From: an uncultured Planctomycetaceae bacterium
Lineage (GTDB): Bacteria; Planctomycetota; Planctomycetia; Pirellulales; UBA1268
Assembly (NCBI GenBank): GCA_903917235.1
Contig: CAIWZS010000413.1
Coordinates: forward strand, 342-64,341
Direction of reading: 5' to 3'
Length of the DNA stretch: 64,000 bases
Part shown: piece after piece, positions 25,999 to 34,845 of the stretch
Numbering within the stretch: the first letter of the stretch is position 1
How the letters are laid out: every line of letters starts with the position of its first letter
Notes under the pieces: model-generated
Databases searched by the model: none
What the model was told of the DNA's origin: nothing
The model's input: only the letters and a program-made list of their open reading frames with translations
Position numbers and translations under genes: made by a program

Positions 25999-27348
25999 AT
26001 GGACATCGCCGCGGCGCGAGCCTTGGGCGCGGTGACGGCGCTGCCACGTGGCCCGCTCGTCGAGGCGCTGGCCGCCCGCTTTCCCGCCCATGCCGCCGAC
26101 GCCGACGCGGCCCGACGGCTGGCCGTGCAGGGCGGTCGAGCCGCCGCCCTGGCGAGGCTCGATGCGATCGATCCCGGTGGGTACGCACGGTCACGCAACC
26201 ACGTCGGCGGCGCCGTGACGCGACTGTCCCCGTGGATTCGTCATGGCGTGGTCGGGCTCGCCGAGGTCCGAGATCTGGCGCTGGCCCGGGTGCGCCGGGC
26301 GGAGGATGCCGAGAAGCTCGTGTCGGAGCTCGCGTGGCGCGACTACTGGCGTCAGGTCCATGCCGCGCTCGGCGAGCGCATCGACGACGATGTCGAGGGG
26401 CCGACGATGCAGCCGCGGGCCCCGGTCGCCAGGACCGAGGTCCCGGACGACGTGCTCGGCGCGCGCACCGGCATGGCGTGCATGGACGCCTTCGCGGGTC
26501 GCCTGCACGACAGCGGGTGGCTCCACAACCACGAGCGGATGTGGCTCGCGTCGTGGCTCGTGCACGCGCGAGGTGTCCGCTGGCAGGCGGGGGCCCGCTG
26601 GTTCCTGCGCCATCTGCTCGATGGGGATCCGGCGAGCAATCACCTCTCGTGGCAGTGGGTCGCCGGCACGTTCTCGGCGCGCCCCTACCTCTTCAACCGA
26701 GAGAACCTCGAGGCCTACACCGGCAACGCCCATTGCGGCACGTGCGAGCTCCTGAGTCGCTGCGACGTGGAGGGAAGCTACGAAAGCCTGACGGATCGAT
26801 TCTTCGTCGGCCCCGCCGGCCGAGAGTCTTCGCCTCCCGCGTCGCTCCGCGGCCGGCTGGTTCGGACCTTCGTGCCGCCGCCCCGGGGCGGCCCCGCGCG
26901 ACCGCTCGTCTGGGTCACGCTCGGTGCCGCCTCGTCGCGGGGCGCGGCGGCGCTCGCGTTTCCCACTTCACCGCGCATCCACGTCATCGACCCGGCGTGG
27001 CTGGCGGCGGAACAGCCCGGGCTCAAGCGGCTCGTGTTCCTCTGGGAGTGCCTCGCTGACATTCAGGACCTGCATGTCGTCGAGGGACCTCCGGTCGATG
27101 TCTTGCCCGCCGCCGCCGCCGCCCTGGGGTGTGACGGCATCGCGCTCGAATGGACGCCCTGCCCGAGGGAACGCGCCGCAGCCGCCGCGATCGCGCGGGT
27201 GCTCCCGGTATCCGTCGTCGACGAGGCCCCGTTCTGCGATCGCTCGAGGGTCGACGATCTCCGCCGTTTCTCTCGGTACTGGCAGCGGGTGCGGGCATCC
27301 GCGCTGCGACCGACGAGCGACCCGGTCGCGCCCCACCCGTCGGCGTGA
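25999..27348 (+). CDS. cryptochrome/photolyase-family protein with apparently permuted domain order (FAD-binding helical domain first, alpha/beta domain last)
   Basis: ATG 25999 within track ORF 25531-27348. N-terminal two thirds: GGRAAALARL..YARSRNHVGGAVTRLSPWIRHG..ELAWRDYW..TGMACMDAFAGRLHDSGWLHNHERMWLASWLV..DGDPASNHLSWQWVAG. C-terminal third: LVWVTLGAAS..IHVIDPAW..KRLVFLWECLADIQ..VVEGPPVDVLPAAAAALGCDGIA. Confidence 0.7.
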   Translation: MDIAAARALGAVTALPRGPLVEALAARFPAHAADADAARRLAVQGGRAAALARLDAIDPGGYARSRNHVGGAVTRLSPWIRHGVVGLAEVRDLALARVRRAEDAEKLVSELAWRDYWRQVHAALGERIDDDVEGPTMQPRAPVARTEVPDDVLGARTGMACMDAFAGRLHDSGWLHNHERMWLASWLVHARGVRWQAGARWFLRHLLDGDPASNHLSWQWVAGTFSARPYLFNRENLEAYTGNAHCGTCELLSRCDVEGSYESLTDRFFVGPAGRESSPPASLRGRLVRTFVPPPRGGPARPLVWVTLGAASSRGAAALAFPTSPRIHVIDPAWLAAEQPGLKRLVFLWECLADIQDLHVVEGPPVDVLPAAAAALGCDGIALEWTPCPRERAAAAAIARVLPVSVVDEAPFCDRSRVDDLRRFSRYWQRVRASALRPTSDPVAPHPSA

Positions 27349-27383
27349 CGTGTCCGCCCCGACCGGCGCCAGCGTCCTGCCGG

Positions 27384-29468
27384 TCACAGGAGCCCCAGGA
27401 GGTTCACCCAGCTGCACAGATCCTCGGCCGGCAGCGCATCGCCGTTGACGGGGAGCGTGCCGACCGTGATGCCGGCCGCCTCGAGCCGTCGCCGGTCACC
27501 CTCGATCTGCCGGGCCAGATCACCCCGGCCCTGCCCGAGAAGCACCCACGGCGAGGCCCCGGGTTCCGCGGGACGGACGCTCGCCTGCCGGGGCAGGCCC
27601 GAGTCCCACGCGGCCACGCCGCGCACCGGCGTCTGGATGCGTTCGGCGGCCAGCCATGCAAAGGCCCCCCCTGCCCCCCTTCCGGCGAACGCGATGCGCG
27701 ATCGGTCGATCGCGGTGCGGGACTGGAGCGCGGCGATGGCCCGTTCCACGGCCACCATGTCCCCCCTGCTCCAACGATCGGGTTCGCCGGAACCCGCGAT
27801 CACGACGGCGACGCCATGACGACCCGCCGCCACCCGCCAGGGCTCGGCCTCGGCCTCGACCGCGCGACCGTGCGGCGGACCGAAGTAGACGAGCACGCCA
27901 CGGCTCCGTTCTCCGGCCGGGATCACGGCGATCGCCGGTTGATCCACCTCGGCGCCCCCCAGCGGCACGACGGTCGTCGTGCCGGTGAACCCGCCGGCTG
28001 GATCGATGTCGCCCGCCGTCGGCACGTCCGCGGGAAGATCGCCTGGCCCGGGAGTCACTTCCAACGTCACCGCCTCGACCGATTCACCACGCCGGCGCGA
28101 CAGGGTGACGCGCATGCCCGGCTCCACACCCCCGAGCAGTCCTGCGAGCGTCCTGACGTCCTCCAGATCGACCCGCTTCGATCCGTCTGCATCGTCCGCC
28201 ACCGCCGCCGTCTCGAACACGTCGCCGGCCGCGAGTCCCGCACCGGCGGCCGCACTTCCCGGGACCACCCAGCCGACCGTCACGCCCCGCGCGTCGTTCT
28301 CGCGCGGCAGGATGCCGAGGACCGCACGGCGCCACGGGGGCAACGAGGCGGCCAGGGTCACCTGCACGGTGCGCCGCTCGCCGCCGCGATCGACGGTGAC
28401 CGCCACCACGTCTCCGGCGAACCTCCGCCCGAGACCGTGACGCACGTCCGCGATGCGTTCCACCGCGCGGTCGTCGATCGCCACGATGCGATCTCCGCCC
28501 CGCAGCCCGGCCTCCGCCGCGGGGGCGCCACGGCGGCACGAGCCGATCACCGGCTCCCCGTTGAGCCGATCCCGCGACCGATAGGCGATGCCCAGGATTC
28601 CCGGCTCGAGCGTCTCACCCGCCTCCAGCCGCGAACGCACCGCGAGGATGTCCTCGAGAGGCACGGCGAACCCGATGCCCGCATCGTAGAGCTCCGTGCC
28701 CGCGGGCATGCCGGCGGTGTCGGCCGGAAGCGGTGCGATCAAGCCGATGACCCGTCCATGGATGTCGACGAGGGCGCCGCCGTAATTGGCGGGTGATGTG
28801 GCCGCATCCGTCTGGACCCCCCTGCCCCAGGCCCGGTCGATGGCGGAAACGATGCCGACGGTCACGTTGGGCGCGGCATGCGTCCAGCCACGGCCGATGC
28901 CGAGGGCCCACTGGCCCGGAGCCATGCCGTCGCGGGCCACCGCCTCCAGCGACGGCGTGTCCGACAGCGGCTCCGTCCGGAGCAGCACGAGGCCGCGGGC
29001 CGCATCGCGGCCGACCGCGCGGGCCGCGAGCCGTGCGCCGTCGGGACGCACCACCACCACGCGCTGCATGTCGACGGGGACGCCGAACGCGGTGGTCACG
29101 ATCCATCCGGCAGGATCGATGACGAGCCCCGAGGTGGGGCCGGCGCCGGGAACGGCCTCCGCACCGGCGCCGAGTTCGGCAGCCGATCCACCGATGGGTT
29201 CGAGCCGCACGACCGCCGCGGCGACGCGACCCACCGCCGCGCGAAAGGCGGTTTCCTCAGCGCGGGTCGGCTCGCCGTCACCTGCCGCCGCGAGGGCCGC
29301 CGCGCAGGTCGCCGCGAGGGCACCCAGCAGCGATGCGGCGATCGACCATGTCGCGACACGCCGCGCGCCGCGTGGACAGGCGGCCGATCCCCCGCGGTGC
29401 CGGTGGAGCGTGGTCGCCTCGTCCCGTGTGGGCGGACGCAATCGGCCGATCGCTCGTGCGCGGGTCAA
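27384..29468 (-). CDS. HtrA/DegP-like protein with 2 PDZ domains and a C-terminal alpha/beta-fold-like domain; catalytic triad not conserved
   Basis: In-frame part of track ORF 27384-31388. The proposed TTG start at 29468 overlaps the upstream TGA (TTGA). Trypsin-fold segments read IVTTAFGV, ARGLVLL and SPANYGGALVDIHGRVIGL. PDZ segments include GAPAAEAGLRGGDRIVAID and GSAAAGAGLAAGDVF. Confidence 0.68.
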   Translation of the reverse strand: MTRARAIGRLRPPTRDEATTLHRHRGGSAACPRGARRVATWSIAASLLGALAATCAAALAAAGDGEPTRAEETAFRAAVGRVAAAVVRLEPIGGSAAELGAGAEAVPGAGPTSGLVIDPAGWIVTTAFGVPVDMQRVVVVRPDGARLAARAVGRDAARGLVLLRTEPLSDTPSLEAVARDGMAPGQWALGIGRGWTHAAPNVTVGIVSAIDRAWGRGVQTDAATSPANYGGALVDIHGRVIGLIAPLPADTAGMPAGTELYDAGIGFAVPLEDILAVRSRLEAGETLEPGILGIAYRSRDRLNGEPVIGSCRRGAPAAEAGLRGGDRIVAIDDRAVERIADVRHGLGRRFAGDVVAVTVDRGGERRTVQVTLAASLPPWRRAVLGILPRENDARGVTVGWVVPGSAAAGAGLAAGDVFETAAVADDADGSKRVDLEDVRTLAGLLGGVEPGMRVTLSRRRGESVEAVTLEVTPGPGDLPADVPTAGDIDPAGGFTGTTTVVPLGGAEVDQPAIAVIPAGERSRGVLVYFGPPHGRAVEAEAEPWRVAAGRHGVAVVIAGSGEPDRWSRGDMVAVERAIAALQSRTAIDRSRIAFAGRGAGGAFAWLAAERIQTPVRGVAAWDSGLPRQASVRPAEPGASPWVLLGQGRGDLARQIEGDRRRLEAAGITVGTLPVNGDALPAEDLCSWVNLLGLL

Positions 29469-30529
29469 CGCTCGTCCTCCCTGTGCGGCCGTTCCTCGAC
29501 ACGGGGCTTCGGGCCGAGATCGATTTCGACGATGGCACCTTCCCGGATGACCGAGAGCCGCATCGGCTCCGCCGCCGGCAACCGGCCGAGCTCGCGCTGG
29601 AGTGCACCGCGGGTGCCGACCGATCGCCCGGCGACGGCGATCACGAGATCGTCGGGACGGAGCCCGGCCCGCTCGGCCGACGACCCGCGCACGACCGCCT
29701 CCACGAACGGGGGCGTGCGGTCGAGCAGGTCGGGCACGAGGATCGCTCCGACACGCCCGGGATCGAACGGCCGAGCGTCCTCGACCGTCTCCGCATCGCT
29801 CGTCCCGGACTCGATCGCGGCGACACCGCGCACGAGTTCGGCGGCGGGCAACGCGTAGCTCAGCCAGATGCCGCTCGTCGTGGACCGCAATTCCTTGCCG
29901 AGCATGCCGACGAGTCGGCCGCGCGAATCGACCAGCGCGCCGCCCGCGGAGCCGGGGTTGTTCGTCGTGCAGTCGAGCACGTAGACGTCGCCGGCATACG
30001 GCGCCTCGGCGGCACCGCGCCGCGCCTGCAGCGGCACGATGGCCGAGACGACGCCCCGCTGCGCACTGACGCGCTCGTCCCCGACGGCGACGGCGAAGAG
30101 GTTCGACAGGGCGATCACGCGGGTGCCCACCGGCACGGCGTCCGCCGGCTCGAGCGCGAGCGCGGGCAGACCGGTCGCGTCGATCGCGAGGAGGGCGAGC
30201 TCGCGCCGCGGATCCGCGCCGAGCAGCGTGGCGCGGTGCCGAGTGCCGTCGTCGAGCACGCATTCGACATCGGCCGAGTCGAGGACCGTGCTCATCGCCG
30301 TGAGGATGCGTCCCTCGGGCGAGACGAGAATCCCCGACTGGTACCCCTCCAGTCCACGCACGCCGCCGCTGCCGTAGACCTTGACGACCGCCCGTGCGGC
30401 TCGGGCGATCGCCGCCTGCGGCTGCGGAACACCTTCCGCGTCGTCCGCCCGGCACACGGCGAGGGCGAGGGTCGCGAACACCGCCGTCGAACCCACGGGC
30501 ATCCGGAGGGCACGGTGCACGACCATCAT
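29465..30529 (-). CDS. HtrA/DegP-like protein with one PDZ domain; catalytic triad degenerate
   Basis: Track ORF of 354 aa with a signal peptide. Trypsin-fold segments: ILTAMSTV, RELALLAI, NNPGSAGGALVDSRGRLVGM. PDZ segment: GSSAERAGLRPDDLVIAV. Confidence 0.75.
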   Translation of the reverse strand: MMVVHRALRMPVGSTAVFATLALAVCRADDAEGVPQPQAAIARAARAVVKVYGSGGVRGLEGYQSGILVSPEGRILTAMSTVLDSADVECVLDDGTRHRATLLGADPRRELALLAIDATGLPALALEPADAVPVGTRVIALSNLFAVAVGDERVSAQRGVVSAIVPLQARRGAAEAPYAGDVYVLDCTTNNPGSAGGALVDSRGRLVGMLGKELRSTTSGIWLSYALPAAELVRGVAAIESGTSDAETVEDARPFDPGRVGAILVPDLLDRTPPFVEAVVRGSSAERAGLRPDDLVIAVAGRSVGTRGALQRELGRLPAAEPMRLSVIREGAIVEIDLGPKPRVEERPHREDER

Positions 30530-32295
30530 CGCCCCTCCCCGTCCGGCGTGACGAGAAACGTGGCGAAGGGGGTGGTGCCGCGCCGCACGACGATCGCGCG
30601 CGGCAGCCCGTCGTCGGCCGGCGGAGCGAGACGCACCTCGCAGGGGTCCGCATCCGCGTCGAGCCAGAGATCGATGCCGACGACGCTGCCTCCATCGTCG
30701 ACGAAAAACCGCGCCACCACACCCGCCACGGCCGACTCGAGGACATCGAGGAGCGGAGGCGACGCCGTCGCCGTCTCGTCCGCCCGCGCGAGCGGGCTGC
30801 CGTACAGCGGCGCCGTGCCCCAGTAGGTGGTGGAGCCGAGGTCGGCGGGGCCGCCGGTCGAGAGCCTCCGCCAGAGCGAGAGCGCCGCGAGCAGCCCGCC
30901 GCTCCCGGGAGGATCGGCGGCGGCGTCGAGCTCCCCGCGTGGATCGAGCGTCGACCGCCCGGTCGGCAGATCGATCGAGACCACCGTGTCATCCACCTCG
31001 ATGCGGAAGTCGCCCGACTCGGCAAGCGTGCCACCGAACCGCCACGGCCCCGCCGGCGGGCGGCGTGCGGCCGCGATGGCCGCGGCCACGCGGTCCCGCT
31101 CGACGACGTTGAAGTGATGATTCGTGAATCCCGGCCGCGGATCATGGACGGCCCGCACCACGGCCGGCATGTCCTCGGGAGGGGGCCGCATCGTCTCCGG
31201 CCGGCCGGGCACGTCGTCGGGCGCGGGCCGGCCCGGACCTCGATCGGGCCGACGATCGCCGGCGACGATCGCCGCGAGTTCGGCCGGTGCATGGAGCGGC
31301 GCCAGACGGACGAGAACCTCGGCACGCTCCGTTCCACGACGGTAGACGAGCGGCACCTGCCAGCCGGCCGGAAGCGTGCCGAGCACATTCTTGAAGGCGT
31401 TCACGGTGCGCACCGGCCGTCCCGCGAGGGAGACCACCTCGTCGTCGTACCGCAGCCCACGTCGCCACGCGTCGGACGACTCGAGGATGTCCGACACGAC
31501 GACCCGTCCGTCGGCGCTCGACGCCACCGTCGCCCCGAGCGTGGCATGGTCCACGAGCCGACCGCCCCGCAGGCTGCCGAAAAACTGCAGCAGCTGTCTC
31601 GCGGAAATCGCGTAGCCCACGCCGACGTTCACGCGGCCGCGCTTCTCGAACGACGCCCGCCCGTTCACACCGATCAGCCGGCCATCGGCGTCGAAGAGCC
31701 CGCCCCCCGAGTTCCCGGGATTGATGGCCGCGTCGACCTGCAGGCAGTCGGTGTACTCGAGGATGGTGCCCGCGGGAAACTGGTAGCGGTGAACGCCCGA
31801 TACGATCCCCGCGCTGATGGAGGGACGCAGATCGGTGGCCAGGAGGAAGGGATTGCCCGCGGCGAAGCAGAAGTCACCCGGCTGCACGAGATCACTGTCG
31901 CCGAACTCCGCCGTGGGGAAGTCGTCGCGGCCGAGCAGCTTGATGAGCGCGACGTCCCCTGTCGGGTCGAGGCCGACGAGGACCGCGTCGTACAGCCGCC
32001 CGTCGTCGAGTCCGCAGCGCATCGCCGGCCCGGCCGGCTGCACGACGTGGAAATTCGTGAGCGCATAGCCATCCGGCCGCACGAGCACGCCCGAGCCGCC
32101 GCCGGCCTCGCCGGCGAAAATCGCGACCGCAGTGGCCGAGGCACGTCGGATGCTCGCGACCCGCCGCGCCTCGGCCGCGAGCACGTCACGATCGACGGCA
32201 TCCACCCCGTACAGGGCTCCACCGTCGAGGGCCGTGACGAGCAGGCACACCGACGTGAGCACGACCGCCGCCCGCAGCATCCATGCGTTCGTCAT
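30526..32295 (-). CDS. HtrA/DegP-family serine protease (intact His-Asp-Ser), one PDZ domain, long C-terminal extension
   Basis: ATG 32295 (MTNAWMLRAAVVLTSVCLLV) within track ORF 30526-33000. Catalytic segments: ALTNFHVV, GDVALIKL, INPGNSGGGLFDADGRLIGV. There are 4-nt overlaps at both ends. Confidence 0.8.
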   Translation of the reverse strand: MTNAWMLRAAVVLTSVCLLVTALDGGALYGVDAVDRDVLAAEARRVASIRRASATAVAIFAGEAGGGSGVLVRPDGYALTNFHVVQPAGPAMRCGLDDGRLYDAVLVGLDPTGDVALIKLLGRDDFPTAEFGDSDLVQPGDFCFAAGNPFLLATDLRPSISAGIVSGVHRYQFPAGTILEYTDCLQVDAAINPGNSGGGLFDADGRLIGVNGRASFEKRGRVNVGVGYAISARQLLQFFGSLRGGRLVDHATLGATVASSADGRVVVSDILESSDAWRRGLRYDDEVVSLAGRPVRTVNAFKNVLGTLPAGWQVPLVYRRGTERAEVLVRLAPLHAPAELAAIVAGDRRPDRGPGRPAPDDVPGRPETMRPPPEDMPAVVRAVHDPRPGFTNHHFNVVERDRVAAAIAAARRPPAGPWRFGGTLAESGDFRIEVDDTVVSIDLPTGRSTLDPRGELDAAADPPGSGGLLAALSLWRRLSTGGPADLGSTTYWGTAPLYGSPLARADETATASPPLLDVLESAVAGVVARFFVDDGGSVVGIDLWLDADADPCEVRLAPPADDGLPRAIVVRRGTTPFATFLVTPDGEGR

Positions 32296-33530
32296 TTCTC
32301 GAACGCCGGACTGCGGAGCAGCACCGGCCCTCCCATGCCCCCCGCGTCGGGAAAGTCGACGAGAATCTCGAGACGCCGGGCCGTCGAGACGTCGATGTCG
32401 ATCGATCCCGCCGGCACCGCACCCGCATCGCGTCCGGTCCGAACAAGCACCGGCTCGTGCAGCACCGCGCGACCGTCGAGCGCGATCGTCATCACACCGA
32501 CATCGCGGAGCGCGTCCCCCGACACCGGAGCGGCCGGCACCGCGGTGGCGCGAAACCGCCGTGCATCCTCCGGCACACGCCAGACCGCCCGAGTCCGGGG
32601 ACGAACCACGAGTCCGCCCGCCGCCGCGTCCCCGGGCACGACGCGCGGCGCGAAGAAGGAGGCGAGGCCGGCCACGTCGGCGAGACCGCCGAAGAACGGC
32701 TCCACATCCACGCGTTCGGGCTCGAGGCCGACCAGCGACACGGTGCGACCGGAGGCATAATCGAGTCCGCGGAGCCATGCCGCCGGCATCCGGATCGAGT
32801 CGTCGATGACGAGCCCCTCGGGTGACCAGGTGATCGTGGCCGCCTGCATCGTGCCTCCGGCGACGGCGACCCGAATCCCTCGCGGCGGCGTCGCGTCCCG
32901 CAGCCAGCGGAGGCCGACCACCTTGTCGCGCCGCACCGGGATCGTCTCCCCGTCGAGCACGACGGTGACCGCGTCGGCCGTCACGCCCGTGAGGGCACAT
33001 GCCACGCAGTCGTAGGTGTCACCGGCGCCCACGACGACCACGTCACTGTCGGCGGGTTCGGGCAGCAGGGCCAGCCACGGCGCGGCGGTGCCGGCCGCGG
33101 GAGCCGGCCAGGCGACCATGTGCAAGCGCTCGGCGGGCAGCACCGCATCCTCGCCGCCCCGCGTGATCGCGGCGGTCTCTCCGGTCCAGACGAACCGGTC
33201 TCCCGTGAGCCGTGACCCGTCGAGCAGCGTGACGGCGACGGCCGCGTCGCGCGTGTCGCCGACGGCGGGGTCCGGAAAGACGACCGTGCGGACGGTGTCC
33301 AGCGGCAGCGTGTCCAGCCGTCCGTCGACCTCGATCTGCACCGACGCGTCATCGATCCGGAGCAGTACCCCGGTGACCGGCCCGCCCGAGGCCCGCTCGA
33401 TCGTCACGGTGCGCCGGGGTTCGTCGGCCAGCGTGCACGGGGACGCGACGACGAGCATCGCGATGCTGCGCACGGCGAGGACGACGCGACGCCGGAACGC
33501 GGTCCGACACGATGCACCCGCGTCTGCCAT
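32292..33530 (-). CDS. secreted protein with a C-terminal NPCBM/NEW2-like module
   Basis: Track ORF of 412 aa with a signal-like N-terminus. The C-terminus reads YASGRTVSLVGLEP..RRFRATAV..MTIALDGRAVLHEP..STARRLEILVDFPDAGGMGGPVLLRSPAF. Confidence 0.55.
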   Translation of the reverse strand: MADAGASCRTAFRRRVVLAVRSIAMLVVASPCTLADEPRRTVTIERASGGPVTGVLLRIDDASVQIEVDGRLDTLPLDTVRTVVFPDPAVGDTRDAAVAVTLLDGSRLTGDRFVWTGETAAITRGGEDAVLPAERLHMVAWPAPAAGTAAPWLALLPEPADSDVVVVGAGDTYDCVACALTGVTADAVTVVLDGETIPVRRDKVVGLRWLRDATPPRGIRVAVAGGTMQAATITWSPEGLVIDDSIRMPAAWLRGLDYASGRTVSLVGLEPERVDVEPFFGGLADVAGLASFFAPRVVPGDAAAGGLVVRPRTRAVWRVPEDARRFRATAVPAAPVSGDALRDVGVMTIALDGRAVLHEPVLVRTGRDAGAVPAGSIDIDVSTARRLEILVDFPDAGGMGGPVLLRSPAFEK

Positions 33531-33533
33531 CGA

Positions 33534-34721
33534 TCAGCGGTCCTCTGCACCCGCGGCAAGCCGCTTGAAGTAGCGTTCGATGACATCGCGGTAGTGCGGC
33601 GGAAACTCCCGCCCGATCTGCTGAAGGGCCGCCTCGCGGGCGTGGGGTGGCAGCGCGCCCCACGCATCGTCATCGCCCAGATCGCGGCGCTGCACCTCCC
33701 CCGCACCGCGGCCGCCGGCGATCCGGCTGTCGTCCATCGGTCGTGCCGCACCGCCACCGCTGCCGCCACCACCGCCACCGCCCCCCTGCCCCTCCTGGTT
33801 CTGTTGGTTTTGCTCCTCGATCCGCTCGATGAGGCGATCCAGCGACGCGACGACTCCGTCCTGCACGCGGCGGGTGGCGGGACCGGCCCGGCCGAGGTCG
33901 AGCCGCCGGGTGACGTCCCGCATCCGGCGGGCGACGTGCGCGAGCGACTCCTCCTCGAGGCCCGTGATGTCCTGGCGCATCAGCCGCGCGAGCCGCTCGT
34001 AGCGCACGGGAATGGAGTCGGCCCTCTCGAGCAACCGGTCGAGCGACTCGATCGCCGTGTCGCTTTCCAAGAGCCAGTGCGCACACGCGGCACGATGAAA
34101 GAGGAGCGCCGCCGGATCGACCGCCGACTTGACGTCGAGCCCGGCCAGCAGTGGCGCCGCCTCGTCGAACCGCCGCCGCCGTACGAGATCCCGCCCCAGC
34201 CAGAGCTTGACGGCGTCACGATGGAACGCCGTGACGACGGGCTCGTCGAGCCAAGCGAGCGCTCCCTCCGCCTGCCCGGGCGGATCGTTCCGGACCGCGG
34301 CGGTGCGAGCGTCGACCAGCGCGATCGTCTCCACGACCGCGTCGAGTGGATCCTCCAGTGGACCACCGGCGTTCCAGACGGCGATCGCCTTCCGCAGGAC
34401 GGTCTCATCGACACCCGCCGATGACTCGTCCAACCACGAGAGCGTCCGCGAGCGGATCTCATCCGGTGACGGGATCGCCCAGGTCGCCTCTCGGAGGAAC
34501 TCCCCATCCTCCGCCACCGCCACGCATGCCGACCAGGGATGCCACGCCGCGAGCACAAGACCCACGGCGACGATCGCGGGACACGCTCGCACGAGACTCA
34601 TCGCGCGAGGGCGGGATGGCGACGCGTCGACCCATGCGCCCGACGCCCCGACCGGGGAGGCGGACCACAGCGTGCTTTGTTCGCGATTCCAGCCACCGCG
34701 GGACATCGACCGCTTTTTCAT
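33534..34721 (-). CDS. hypothetical secreted/membrane-anchored helical protein with a poly-Gly tract
   Basis: ATG 34721 (MKKRSMSRGG..) preceded by GGAGGG at a spacing of 6 nt, within track ORF 33534-34817. Contains QNQQNQEGQGGGGGGGGSGGG. The C-terminus reads ALPPHAREAALQQIGREFPPHYRDVIERYFKRLA. Confidence 0.55.
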   Translation of the reverse strand: MKKRSMSRGGWNREQSTLWSASPVGASGAWVDASPSRPRAMSLVRACPAIVAVGLVLAAWHPWSACVAVAEDGEFLREATWAIPSPDEIRSRTLSWLDESSAGVDETVLRKAIAVWNAGGPLEDPLDAVVETIALVDARTAAVRNDPPGQAEGALAWLDEPVVTAFHRDAVKLWLGRDLVRRRRFDEAAPLLAGLDVKSAVDPAALLFHRAACAHWLLESDTAIESLDRLLERADSIPVRYERLARLMRQDITGLEEESLAHVARRMRDVTRRLDLGRAGPATRRVQDGVVASLDRLIERIEEQNQQNQEGQGGGGGGGGSGGGAARPMDDSRIAGGRGAGEVQRRDLGDDDAWGALPPHAREAALQQIGREFPPHYRDVIERYFKRLAAGAEDR

Positions 34722-34845
34722 GCCGGACCCTCCGACGCCGCGGACGGCGACACGAACGCCACCTCCGCCATGATACTCCCGGCCGGCACGACGCGGCGAC
34801 CGTCGGGCGCGGTACACGGGATGACACGGCGGCAGGCCGCGGATT

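Noticed and set aside
27384-31388. Track ORF of 1334 aa, suggesting one giant protease.
   Set aside because: Upstream of about 29468 the frame overlaps the two other HtrA genes in different frames, and there it translates to Arg/Gly/Ala-rich nonsense. A TTG start at 29468 overlapping the upstream TGA fits the coupling pattern of the cluster.
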